From Octopus vulgaris (lineage: Eukaryota), in the NCBI GenBank assembly GCA_951406725.2, contig OX597829.1, positions 16,926,001 to 16,990,000 of the forward strand: a DNA stretch of 64,000 nucleotides. The letters are read 5' to 3'. Positions 1 through 12,331 of the stretch are shown here, one piece after another (positions within the stretch are counted from its first letter, which is position 1; each line of letters opens with the position of its first letter). Position numbers and translations under genes: made by a program. Below the pieces are notes generated by a model, which was given only the letters and a program-made list of their open reading frames with translations, did not search any database and was not told the DNA's origin.

Positions 1-134
1 AGCATAAACAGCAATGAAGCGCACGCACTCATGTACCAACGGGGCATACATGCACACTACATGAATTAATTTTTTTAAAGCACAGACGCACACGCGTCGC
101 GCACGCGTACACACCGCACACATGCAGACACAAA

Positions 135-187
<53 letters not shown>

Positions 188-484
188 GCACACACATACA
201 CACGTCAACTGCTTCAGACATTCACAGAACTAAGCAGCCGACTTGATTTAAAACAAAGAGCCCAGCTACTTTTTAGTGACAAGCTAGGATTTTGCAAAGG
301 GGAACAAAAATAAAGTAATCCCAAAGGGGTCGTACATGCACAATGACACAAATACATACATACTCACATAGTCATAAGTCTCTACAAGTCGTAGAGCCGG
401 TTACTAGGTTTTTATAGCTTATGAGTATAGGAGTGCAACTGGGAAGAGCGTCAAACAAAGAAATGCTTTATCGACAAACTTATT

Positions 485-637
485 TACCTATTTCTTTACT
501 ACCCACAAGGGGCTAAACATAGAGGGGACAAACAAGGACAGACAAACGGATTAAGTCGATTATATCGACCCCAGTGCATAACTGGAACTTATTTAATCGA
601 CCCCGAAAGGATGAGAGGCAAAGTCGACCTCGGCGGA
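485..637 (-). mobile_element. SINE family A, 3' part
   Basis: Reverse complement matches the copy at 22658-22885 (ccgccgaggtcgactttgcct...ttagccccttgtgggtagtaaagaaata). Confidence 0.85.
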
Positions 638-663
638 GTGAACATCAACAGGGGCTTCATATA

Positions 664-760
664 TTCCGAGTTCAGTCCCACTGTGTGACACCTTGGAAAA
701 AGTGTCGTCTACAATAGCCTCGGACTGACCAAAGCCTTGAGAGTTGTTTTGGCGGACGGA
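664..760 (+). mobile_element. SINE family B, 5' fragment
   Basis: ttccgagttcagtcccactg...accaaagccttg matches head of 57461-57868. Confidence 0.75.
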
Positions 761-799
761 CACAGATAGAAGAAGTTCATTCTATATGTACGATATATG

Positions 800-935
800 T
801 CCGTCTACCAAATCCACTCTCAGTGCTTTATGCGGCCCGAGGCTATCTTAGAAAACACTTGCCCAAGGTGCCAAGCAGTGGGGCTGAATTCGGAACCATG
901 TGATTAGTGGACGTATACTTCTTACCACACAGCAA
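800..935 (-). mobile_element. SINE family B, 5' fragment (inverted relative to 664-760)
   Basis: tccgtctaccaaatccactc...acacttgcccaaggtgcc...ttaccacacagc is the reverse complement of the family B head. Confidence 0.8.
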
Positions 936-1000
936 CACCTTTTTATCATTTGCCGTTGCTAGTTGGTCCCCACTATGTCTCAAGAATCACTGGGGGTATT

Positions 1001-1268
1001 TACAGTTCTATATTTAAGAGATGCGGAATTATTTACATTATTTATATTCGACGGATATTTGTCCTCATCTTGTTTGTGATTAACACAACGTTTGGGCAGA
1101 TATACCGTCCAGCCTTCTTCAGGTGTCTTGGGGAAACTTCGAACCTGGGTCCTCATTCTTAAGGTATTTTTCGATGTTGTTATTATTATTGTTGTTGTTG
1201 TTGTTCAGGTCACTGCTTGGAATCTTGGGGTTAGTAGCCCGCGCTCTTAACCACTACGCCATATGCTC
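1001..1268 (-). mobile_element. SINE family E (tRNA head + (AAT/AAC)n + hammerhead-containing body)
   Basis: A-box tggcgtagtgg head; body and tail shared with 36512-37263, 54599-54712 and 56825-56993. Confidence 0.8.
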
Positions 1269-1443
1269 GTGTTTCTCATTTAGACTAACCGTAACTTTTC
1301 TATATCCTTCTTAAGGCAAAATGCAGGTAGAGCTGTTAACCCACGCTGCTTCGTTGTTATGTTCCCAGACTGCCCCATGTTTCTCTAGCAGTCACTAGTC
1401 TGTTTTAGCCATCACGCAGCCTCTTCATGTTAGCCACTGGTCA

Positions 1444-1749
1444 TCTCTATATATATATAAACGGCAAAATGTCTGCGCGCGTGTGTGTGTGCATGTCCTT
1501 TATACAAATCTACAATTTTTCAGTTAGAGGGCTCGCACTTTCTATGGTCATTCAAAACCGTCCAAGGGTGATCGTGCACATATTTACGTTTCCCCAGTCA
1601 CCCCGCAAAGCAATTAAAAACTCAATAGAAGTGACTTTTTTGTGAATTTTCTATCCAAAAACCAATCAAAATGCCCGAAACTTGATACGCCAATTGAATG
1701 CCGGCTAGCTGTATGTGATTGGTCGGAGATTGCCGGGTCATAGAACTAG
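1444..1749 (+). mobile_element. Non-autonomous Helitron
   Basis: A|TC start (tctctatatatataaac), GC-rich subterminal tcggagattgccggg, CTAG|T end, no TSD. Confidence 0.7.
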
Positions 1750-2179
1750 TTCCAGTTAAAACATTTTCGTTACACATTTCTGTGGTTCATCGGGACACAT
1801 CATTAATGATGTTTCCGGGGGTCATTTTATGTACAGCGTGTATATGTTTGTGTGAGTGAGTGTTCGTGTGAGTTTGTGCTGCTTAGTTCTGTGAATGAAT
1901 GTCTCAAATAGTTGACGTGTGTGTGTGTGTGTATGAGTTTGTGTCGACCTGTGTGCGTGTGGGCGCGTGCGCGACGTGTGTGCGTCTGTGCGTTAAATAT
2001 TAATTCATGTAGTGTGCATGCATGCCCCATTTGTACATGAGTGCGTTTGCTTCATTGCTGTTTATGCTTGTATGTGTGTATCTGTGGGTCTGTTTTGCAT
2101 ACACGCGCGTGTGAGCACGTGTGAGTATTCCCAACGTAACGTGTTAGTGTGTGTGTGTGTACGCATATTTTTCTTTATG

Positions 2180-2372
2180 TCTGTGTTTGTCCTCCACCCC
2201 GATTAACAACCGGTGTTAGTAAATTTCCATCCCGGTAACTTAGCGGTTCGGCAAAAGATACCCGTAATAACAGGGTTAAAAATCAAAAGTACTGCAGTCG
2301 GTTAATTCAACTAACAATTGTTCAAGGCTGTGCTCCAGAGAGGCCGCAGTTTAATGACGGAAACAAATAAAA
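2180..2372 (+). mobile_element. SINE family B, 3' half, diverged
   Basis: gtaacttagcggttcggcaaaaga...gtgctccag..ggccgcagt..aatgacggaaacaa. Confidence 0.7.
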
Positions 2373-2446
2373 GATAACATACAAAAATACCGTTATTGAT
2401 GTTGAAATTTCAATGAAGGAGGCAAGAAATCTTGAAATGAATAACA

Positions 2447-2697
2447 TACATAAATACATACATACATCTTGAAATCTTGAAGTGAATAATAACATACATA
2501 CATACATACATACATACATACATACATACATACATACATACATACATACATACATACGTACGTACATAACATACATACATGCATACCTACATACATACAC
2601 ACATACATACATACATGCAAACATACATACATACATACATACATACGTACATACATGGACATGTTCATATATATATATATATACATACATAAATACA

Positions 2698-2725
<28 letters not shown>
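2447..2725. repeat. (CATA)n microsatellite
   Basis: Direct observation. Confidence 0.95.
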
Positions 2726-2729
<4 letters not shown>

Positions 2730-4396
2730 CACATGTGCATATATGGGTACAGGACGCCACCAGCAATAAACATGAAATACGCAAACAATGAGAGAAACAA
2801 ATGGAAAACAGGACAAGTAACACAAATAAAGACCCTTCATCAGTTGTCGGCTGTCTATCTACTCCTCATTTCGAGCATTGAGTGACAATATGAGTCTTCG
2901 AAGACAGTTGCTCCCATAAGTACCAAAATAAAATTTTGGATTATTGAGGGTCAAAGCTGGAAACAAAAACAGGACAGTGGAGACATACAAGGAAATCGAA
3001 CCACATACATACATACATACATTTTTCTCGCTCCCACTCTCTCTCACATTTCTTGGCCTTCCCTTCATTCTCATTACTTTCCCTCCTCCTTTACCTCACT
3101 CTGTCTCTTTTTTTTTCTCTCTTTCTCGTCCTTCACTAATTCTTCAATCCTTCTAACCCAACCTCTCTCCTCTCCTTCCACGTGACCGGTTTTCGGTTAA
3201 ACCTGACCTTTCTTTCTTGGTTCGACAACCATCCGTGAAGCATCTCTTATATTCCTTCCCATGGCTTTCACCTTCTATGTTCCTGCCGTATGGCTTCACT
3301 TCCACACACTCCAGCTTAATTTAATTCGCCCGTAATCGAAAGACACATGTTGTTAAGGTCCTGTTGTTTGTATTTGTGCACCATTTCTCCGTTTTTTTCC
3401 GTCCCTGTTTTCGTATGCATTCGCTTGCTTTCTTCCAAGGAGCCTAGTGCTCTTAGCTTAGATTTTCATGGGGCTGGCCAGATTAGAGCAGTCTCGAGAG
3501 TAACCGGCTGAAACTGCTAAGACGATCTGGTGCTCGACTGAAGATTGAAAGCTCCGAATGACCCGTCCTTGTTTTTTTTCCTGTCCTTTTTTTGTATCGT
3601 CTGTCGCCTGTTACATTCTTGTTCCATTTTTTGTTTTGTTTTCTATACATACAAACTTACCCTCTCACTCGAAGCAACTAGTCGCGCATTTGGCGTGGGA
3701 GACTATTTATGGAAAATATGATGCATACTATCTCCACCGTTGGAAACACAACTAGCAGCCTTGTTAGATAACTGGTTAATCTTCAAATGAATTTTATCCA
3801 CGATCGTAGTGAGTTTCGACTGAAACTTGAACTTAGCTACAAATAACATGGCTGGACACAACATCAACGCAATCGAGGAACAGAACGAAAACAACAGCTC
3901 AACAGAAATCAAGCGGTTGAAGAGCAAACTTCTTGCAACTCAACCACACCTGCACCTACCTACCTACCTACCTACCTACCTACCTACCTACCTACCTACA
4001 TATATACATACATACACACATACATACATACGTATGTATATACTTACATATAAACGTAGATACAGACACATAGTCATCAGGTACGCATGCACATTTACGT
4101 ACGTACATACATGCACGTGGACATACACACGTACATAAGTATATGATGAGATTTTGCCCAATATAATGATTTAAAAATTACTATTTCAATCTCATGGCCT
4201 TAATTGAAACAGTTGTAAGAGAATATATTAGATTTTTGCAGATAATAAATCATATTAAAGCTATATCTACATTTTCTTAATTTCTTTATACATAACGGCG
4301 GTGCATCAGCATGGCCGCAGCTCTGAGCTGAAACAAGCCCCAAAAAATACATACATACACATACACACATACATATACACACACATACATACATAC

Positions 4397-4453
<57 letters not shown>

Positions 4454-4493
4454 CATATACATACAGACATACATACATACATACATACATACA

Positions 4494-4559
<66 letters not shown>

Positions 4560-4771
4560 GATATATATATATCGTTTTGGGATTTGGTTTGCAAGATTCT
4601 TTTTGTGAGTTCGTGTGTTGCAGTATATTCTATATTCTGTTGTACCTGGGGAGAGTAATTTTCTTTTAGTTCCAAATGAGTGGAAATTTCACTGGTGTGT
4701 GTGTTAAATTATAAAGCACTGAAAGAGAATGACTCTCCCCAGACACAACAGTCTATATATATATATATATA

Positions 4772-4901
4772 CAGGATGTCCCCCAAAAATGTATACACAT
4801 AGTGGTTCGGCAAAAGAGAACGATAGGATAAGTACTAGGCTTACAAAGAATAACAAATTTACAATTATTTAAGGTGTGTATACATTTTTGGGGACACCCT
4901 G
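4772..4901. mobile_element. Tc1/mariner-type MITE in (TA)n
   Basis: ~29-bp TIRs caggatgtcccccaaaaatgtatacaca / tgtgtatacatttttggggacaccctg, TA on both sides. Confidence 0.8.
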
Positions 4902-5298
4902 TATATATATATAAGGCGTGGTGAGGAAGGTGAGACTGTAATGCCAGTCCAGAAACCAGTCCATGGGAGTCCAAATACTTGAATGCATGCTGTCTTAGCT
5001 CATTTGCTTTCGGACGGTTGATTTCTGTAGTTATTATCAATGTATTTTGGCGATTTAAATGAGAGTTTTGACTTTTATTTCCAACAGGTAGACATACTGA
5101 GTCAGTCCTTTGATTAACTTTGATGTATATTAATATATATATGTGTGTGTGTGCGTGGGTGTGTGTGTGTGTATGTGTATGTATGTGCGTGTGTGTGTAT
5201 GTGTGTGTGTGTAATATAATATTTATATATATATATATAAATATATATATACATTTATATAAACATATATATATATATATATGTTATATGTATGTATG

Positions 5299-5375
<77 letters not shown>

Positions 5376-5380
<5 letters not shown>

Positions 5381-5597
5381 TAAAATCACTATTATGCAGC
5401 TCAAACTTTTTGAGATATAGTTATATGTTCTATAAAAATATATCTTATTTGTTAGTCATGTTTTGGTTTATGCCAATCACTGTTTGAGCTGCATTTTATT
5501 GCTTTTATCTCTAATTTATATTTTATATATTTATACTGTGAAATTTTATTTAATACTAAATTGAATTTTTCCCTGTAAGTTTGGAGCTGTGTTCCGT
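5376..5597 (-). repeat. Microsatellite-associated interspersed repeat (family F) with internal inverted arms
   Basis: aacttacagggaaaaatt motif also at 13553-13730 and 19712-19950; arms agagataaaa..atgcagctcaaac / gtttgagctgcat..ttttatctct. Confidence 0.6.
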
Positions 5598-5858
<261 letters not shown>

Positions 5859-5973
5859 CCTTCCCACAAAACAAAAACGAAAAGAAAACAGGACAAGAAA
5901 CAACCAACAACATAGGGACGTGGTACATGCAAAGTATTAAAAGACGCCCAAGGAAAGGAAGAAAGAATGGTTT

Positions 5974-6002
5974 ACGTTTCGAGCAAAGCTCTTCGTCAAG
6001 AA
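5974..6002 (-). ncRNA. Degenerate Penelope-type minimal hammerhead ribozyme motif
   Basis: Minus strand ttcttgacga-a-gagc-ttt-gctc-gaaa-cgt: near-CUGANGA core, stem II, GAAA, palindromic ACGT. Confidence 0.55.
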
Positions 6003-6394
6003 CATGAGAAAAGGAAGACGGAGGAAATAAATCGCCAACAATCTACATGTAGTTACATTTTGGAATGTAAGTATATATATTTTTATCTTCAGCGTTTTCA
6101 ACCTCCAGTTTGAAGAGAGGTTATAGGCCTTCGGCCATTGGAGTCAGACGAGTCGTCAATAAAGCTGAGCGTTTTATGGATTCGAAACTATTTGTCAATC
6201 TTCGATTCTCTCAACGTAAGACGATGTATGAGAATGCTGCAATTTCTTGTCGAACAACTCCACAGATGATTTATTTATAGTTATCAAATGTTTGTTTACA
6301 TATAAACTCATTTCCTCCCTCTGATCGACATTATCTGTAAAGGTGCGCGATGTACCATGTGTCGGATGACCAAACGACCACAGAGCAATATAAA

Positions 6395-6480
6395 AAGAAA
6401 TGTTTTGCTCAAGTCCGGCAATCGAAACCACCGCCTCGCAATCGTGTGTGCAAGACTCTAACCGCTACATCATGCGCCTC
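6395..6480 (-). mobile_element. tRNA-derived SINE head, degenerate
   Basis: Minus strand gaggcgcatgatgtagcggttagag...ggtttcgattgccggacttgagcaaaacattt. Confidence 0.6.
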
Positions 6481-6493
6481 ATATGTATGCATG

Positions 6494-6756
<263 letters not shown>

Positions 6757-7524
6757 ATCTCTGTCTGTCTGTCTGTCTCTTTCTCTCTCTCTCTATATAT
6801 ATATATGTGTGCCTACATATATGTATGTATGTATGTATGCATATATGTATGTCAGTATGAATATATATATATATATATATATGTTCATACTGACATACAT
6901 ATACATACATACATATATGTAGGCACACACATGCATATATATATATATATATATGCATACTTGTTTACATATACACACAAAAATATATACATGCATATAC
7001 AAGCATACATACAACCCTCCATACACCCATGCACAAACCAGCCCTTGTTCTTCAGGGTGAAACATATAGCTTTACTTCGCTGTAAGTTTCACAACTCATG
7101 TCAAAATCCTTTCCTTTCTAAGTTTTTTTTTCTCCCACCATTTTGACAACTATTGTTTTGCTGTATTTTATTGTGTTAGCAATGAATGGGGAAGACAATT
7201 CTGAAACTTTTGTTTATTCAATTATGCTATCCCCATGAGGTTTTTAGAATATGACCCTTTCTATGTGAGATTACTCCCTCTAAGACAAATACCGTAGTTT
7301 TTTTTTACTTTTTAATATTTTTTTCTTCACAAATCTCAGTTCTTTTTACTTTAAAGCGAATAATAATTATTAAATAGTCATATGTCATCTTAACTGATCT
7401 GTGTATGGTATAGAGATCATGCAGTGTTAATGACTCTTAGGGAAATTTTATACAATACCTTTGAGATTGCTATTGTTATTGTTGTTGTTGCTATTATTAT
7501 TATTATTATTATTGTTGTTGTTGT

Positions 7525-7557
<33 letters not shown>

Positions 7558-7595
7558 CACCACCACCACCACCACTACTACTACTACTAGTTGGT

Positions 7596-7640
7596 CTTAT
7601 TTTTTAAGTGCTTTCACTGCACTACCGAGCGCAGCTCTTT
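7596..7640 (-). mobile_element. Extremely 5'-truncated R4/Dong 3' tail
   Basis: gtgctttcactgcactaccgagcgcagctct nearly identical to the 3' UTR at 55162-55192; embedded in trinucleotide tracts. Confidence 0.75.
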
Positions 7641-7653
7641 ATTGTTGTTGTTG

Positions 7654-7757
<104 letters not shown>

Positions 7758-7776
7758 TTTGTTGCTGTTGTTGTTA

Positions 7777-8080
7777 AGGCGGCGAGCTGGCAGAATCGTT
7801 AGCATGTTGGACAAAAATACTTAGCAGCACTGAGTCCGAATTTGTGTTCTAAGTTCAAATTCCTTAAGAAGTCGACTTCGACTTTCATCCTTCGGAATGA
7901 CCAAAGAGGTCGATTCAACCCACTAGACTCTTCCCACCCAATAGGTCATATTATTACTGCTAAGGCAGCGAGCTGGCATAATCGTTACTGCCCCGGGCAA
8001 AAGGCTTAGCGTCATTTCGTCCATTTTTACATTCTGAGTTCAAATGCCGCCGGGCCGACTTTCTCTTGCATTCTTTAAGA
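7777..8080 (+). mobile_element. Two diverged SINE family A 5' parts
   Basis: aaggcggcgagctggcagaatcgttagca and aaggcagcgagctggcataatcgtta heads. Confidence 0.7.
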
Positions 8081-8750
8081 GGATGAAAGACCTTGTGCCT
8101 ATCGCAGAAAAGATAATTAATATTGTTGTTGTTGTTGTTCATTGCCGTGAGTTCGTTTATCGTTTTCCATTCCCGAGAATATATTTTTATTAATGTTTTA
8201 TATTATCTTATTATTAAGCCAACCATAGCTATTAGGGAATGGTCGATTCCTTTTATTAATAGCTCCAAGGAGCAACATTTTTGAAAAAGAAGAATAAATT
8301 TTTGCAATCTGAAAAAATATCCGAGACGGTTTACACGATTTTGCATTTGTTAAACGGTGACTAAGTGCATGAGATAGGAGATTATTTTGAAGGTGTAATT
8401 ATCGTTCGTAGTCAACACTTCCCAAAACATGGCACGACTGCAATAGTAATTGCTAACAACAGTAACAGCAGCATCGCAAGCGACCTCTTAAAAGCGGTAG
8501 AACAACAAGAACAACGCCAATATCTACAACAACAACAAATATAATAACATCAACAACCAGTACAATAGCAGCAGTGACGATGAATCAAACAAACGAGTAA
8601 CAGCAGTAAAACTGTCGCCCACACCCGCAGCATTACTATTGGCAACAGACTGTGGTAGTGATGGCAATGTATTTACTCCTGTCGCACGAGTAACAAGGAA
8701 AAACATCAGCGATGAATACGACGACAACACCAACAACAGCAACAGCAAGT

Positions 8751-9115
8751 GGAGGCACAATGGCCCAGTGGTTAGGGGAGCGGACTCGCGGTCGGAGGAT
8801 CGCGGTTTCGATTCCCAGACCGGGCTTTGTGTGTGTTTATTGAGTGAAAACACCTAAAGCTCCACGAGGCTCCGGCAGGGGGTGGTGGCGACCCCTGTTG
8901 TACTCTATCACCCCAACTTTCTCTCACTCTTTCTTCCTGTTTCTTGTCCCCGACTTCCTACGCAACCGCTGAGCCTGGATGCGCATTCATCCATCCGTCG
9001 ATGCTCTCGGTGTCGGGGGGTTGACCTGCTTTCTCTTCTGCGGGTCTTACGAATAGCAAAGGACCACGTTTCGGACTTCTCCCATCTTGCGAGCTCTGGG
9101 ACGAAGACCGTTCGC
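8751..9115 (+). mobile_element. SINE family C (tRNA-derived), tail type 1
   Basis: A box tggcccagtgg, B box gtttcgattcc; central domain shared with 61352-61545 and 59254-59556. Confidence 0.85.
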
Positions 9116-9300
9116 TCAACAGCAACAGCAACCGCAACGACGTGAGCAACAAAAGCAATTGCGCAGTGGTATTCGCTGGTATTGTGAAAAAATTTGATTT
9201 AGTTCCACCAGTAAATGAAACAAGAAGAGAAACACATAAACAAACTCAGTAGAAACGTTCCACTCATGACATTACAGCTCCTATTAGAACAAACAAACGT

Positions 9301-9495
9301 GGGGGCGCAATGGCCCAGTGGCGATCCCTGCTGTACCCTTTCGCCACAACTTTCTCTCACTCTTTCTTCTGTTGGCCTGCTCGCTTAGCCAGCGGGTTGG
9401 CGTCATTTGAAGGCTAAAACAATGCGAAGCGCATTGTGACCAGCGATGTGTAATAACATCTAATAGCCTGGTCGGGCACGTGATCACGTGATTAG
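9301..9495 (+). mobile_element. SINE family C, internally deleted, tail type 2
   Basis: ggcgcaatggcccagtgg fused directly to cgatccctgctgta...actttctctcactctttc. Confidence 0.75.
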
Positions 9496-9571
9496 AACAA
9501 ACATGTTGAAGAACAGTGGTCTGTAGATGTATATCTTTGAAGAGGAACAAGCCGAAGTGATTCTCCAAGAG

Positions 9572-9847
9572 CAATGATTCCCAAACTTTTTCGGGCTACC
9601 GCCCCCCTTGGCACCCTGGCTACATTCCTAGCGTCCTCCCCCAACTTATCACCAAAAACATAGACCTCTTTCTGAAGCAAATTCAAAACAACTTCATTTC
9701 ACAAATAAAAATTAACCTAATTAACCAACTATTTGCCCCCTTTTGGCAACCCCTTTATCACCCCACTTTTTCAACGCCCTCTTGGAACTTTCCATCGCCC
9801 CTGACGGGGTGGGATGGGGGCGGTAGAGCCCATTTTGAGAACCACTG
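9572..9847. mobile_element. hAT (Charlie-like) MITE
   Basis: TIRs caatgattcccaaa / tttgagaaccactg; 8-bp TSD tccaagag/tcctagag (7/8 match). Confidence 0.75.
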
Positions 9848-11023
9848 TCCTAGAGCTAGCTGAACTGTACTTGAAAAGCATCTGCGGAGATGTTAACTGT
9901 GACACACGTGCCAGCCAGTACGACTGTGCTTAATTTAAGCATAGTCGTACTTAAATGAATTTCTACTTGGAGACCCTGGCCAGAAGCACTCCACCAACCA
10001 CACAGAGGTGAAGAATTTACACTGATATATTGCAAACACATTACCAAGACTTGACTTTTAGTGGGTAATGAAATGTGCTCTGTTAGAAAATCTCTGACCT
10101 TTCTACAAATGAAAAGAAAAGATTTCGAAGAGATAATTGCAGTTGAGATAGGGATAGGGTTGAAGTTTCTGATTCACATGTATCCTAAGATATTGGACAG
10201 GGTCACCAACCGAATAAGGATCCTTGGAGTGCAACAACTGCATGTGATATTCAAATGTAGAAAACCATGATGACATAATTTTGACAACAAAGATCACCTC
10301 AAAGGTCTCTGCCCACCACTTCTGGAAAGAGAACTGAGCCAACACCACGAAATCAACAACGGTCACCAAATAAGTCAACAACAACAGCGGCAGTGTGCCA
10401 CCGCAGCTGTAGTGGCGGCAGCGCCAGCTGTAAATATGGGGAGCAGCCTTCAATTACAATAGCGAAAATAACACTAGCCGTAGAAGCAATAACAACAAAA
10501 ATAACCAAAAGAATTCTGCCCTCAGAATCTGCCACATTACCGTGTGATTTGTTTAAAGGTGAGCGTGTCAGTATGATCCCAGTGAAAGGAACACAAGGTG
10601 TTTCGGACCCATTGAGAATAATGCTTTCTACACATGTTCTAAAGAAGAACAGTCTTGTTGACTTAGAAATACTTGAGTGTTAGACATTGTGAAACTGGGT
10701 AGAGGCACTTAGGAACTGTTTCATAATGACAGAAAGCTAGTTCATGGTGTGGGCACAAAGACGAAAGAAACGTTGTATGAACACATTCCATCCCCGTCTT
10801 TACTTTTCTTTCTCAAAGCTTCGTTGGTCATTTCTATGGGTTGAGCACCAACACTATACTGTGCTATATTTTGGTGACTTTCGCCGCACTAAACATAGGA
10901 CGTAGACCATTGAACTGTATTGAAGAAATTCGTTGAGACGCAAAATGTGAAACTGAAAGCATGTCAAAGTTAATGGACGAAAGAAATTCGTGACTGTAGT
11001 CTCCCTTTCTCTCTCTCTCTCTC

Positions 11024-11059
<36 letters not shown>

Positions 11060-11070
11060 GAACGTGTTCC

Positions 11071-11232
11071 TGATGATGATGATGATGACGGAGAAGAGGA
11101 AGAAGAAGAAAAGAAGAAGAAGAAGAAGAGGAAAAAGATAAGGATGACGATGATGATGATGAAGAAGATGATGATGGTGATGATGATGATAAGGATGAAG
11201 ATGATGATGGTGATGATGATGATAATGAAGAA

Positions 11233-11283
<51 letters not shown>

Positions 11284-11349
11284 GGTGGTGATGATGATGA
11301 AGATTGATGAGGATGAGGATGATGATGGTGATGATGATCATGGTGATGG

Positions 11350-11391
<42 letters not shown>

Positions 11392-11485
11392 CAATGATGA
11401 TGATGATGGTGGTGGTGGTGGTGGTGATGATGATGAAGATTGTTGAGGATGAGGATGATGATGGTGATGATGATCATGGTGATGG

Positions 11486-11533
<48 letters not shown>

Positions 11534-11621
11534 CAATGATGATGATGATGGTGGTGGTGATGATGATGATGAAGATTGATGAGGATGAGGATGATGATGG
11601 TGATGATGATCATGGTGATGG

Positions 11622-11707
<86 letters not shown>

Positions 11708-11778
11708 GTGGTGGTGATGATGATGATGAAGATTGATGAGGATGAGGATGATGATGGTGATGATGATCATGGTGATGG

Positions 11779-11821
<43 letters not shown>
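11071..11821. repeat. (GAT/GGT/GAA)n tract with 136-157-bp higher-order unit
   Basis: gaagattg.tgaggatgaggatgatgatggtgatgatgatcatggtgatggt recurs at 11299, 11435, 11571, 11728. Confidence 0.9.
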
Positions 11822-11824
<3 letters not shown>

Positions 11825-12331
11825 AACATCTTATAATGTGATACCAGGACCATATTAACGTTACATATGGAACGTCATCTATCTTAGGTGTTCTAGAGTC
11901 TAGGCTGAACTGGAGCTAAAAATATATCTACAACAACAGAAACGACGACCTTCCACAACTTCTTCTGCGGCTGTCCTTATCTGCTGACGGAACAAAAATA
12001 TTATCTTCATACATGAGATGACCCAATGCCTAAAGATGAAAGGCAAAGACGACAGGATTATCAGTTCTACGTAATTAAGATATAAACCATGGAAGGTGTT
12101 TCTACGTGTCCATATCAAAAATGGCAGAAATGGCAACCGAATGCCCCTTAAAACACTAACGTACCTCGTTAAAATGTTGAGGCTTCTGTAACATGTGAAA
12201 TAAATGTGTAGTTAAGAAATTTACCTATCAACAACGAAGTTTTGGTTTCAGTACCATTGTGGGACACTGTTGGTGTCTTGTACTGAAAACATCGGTACAA
12301 CTAATGCGTATGATTCGAGGGAATTTTGGTT

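Noticed and set aside
2800-3640. Additional hammerhead-like words (ctgatga on minus at ~2840; ctgaaga..cgaa at ~3540)
   Set aside because: Could not build stems or a GAAA by eye; probably repeat-derived but unsupported
9850-10960. Non-repetitive block with a possible minus-strand acceptor near 10953
   Set aside because: Short frames, no recognisable domain or donor
10854-11836. Poly-His/Asp/Ser ORFs resembling biomineralisation or metal-binding proteins
   Set aside because: (GAT)n tract whose higher-order unit shifts frame each copy; no unique coding flanks
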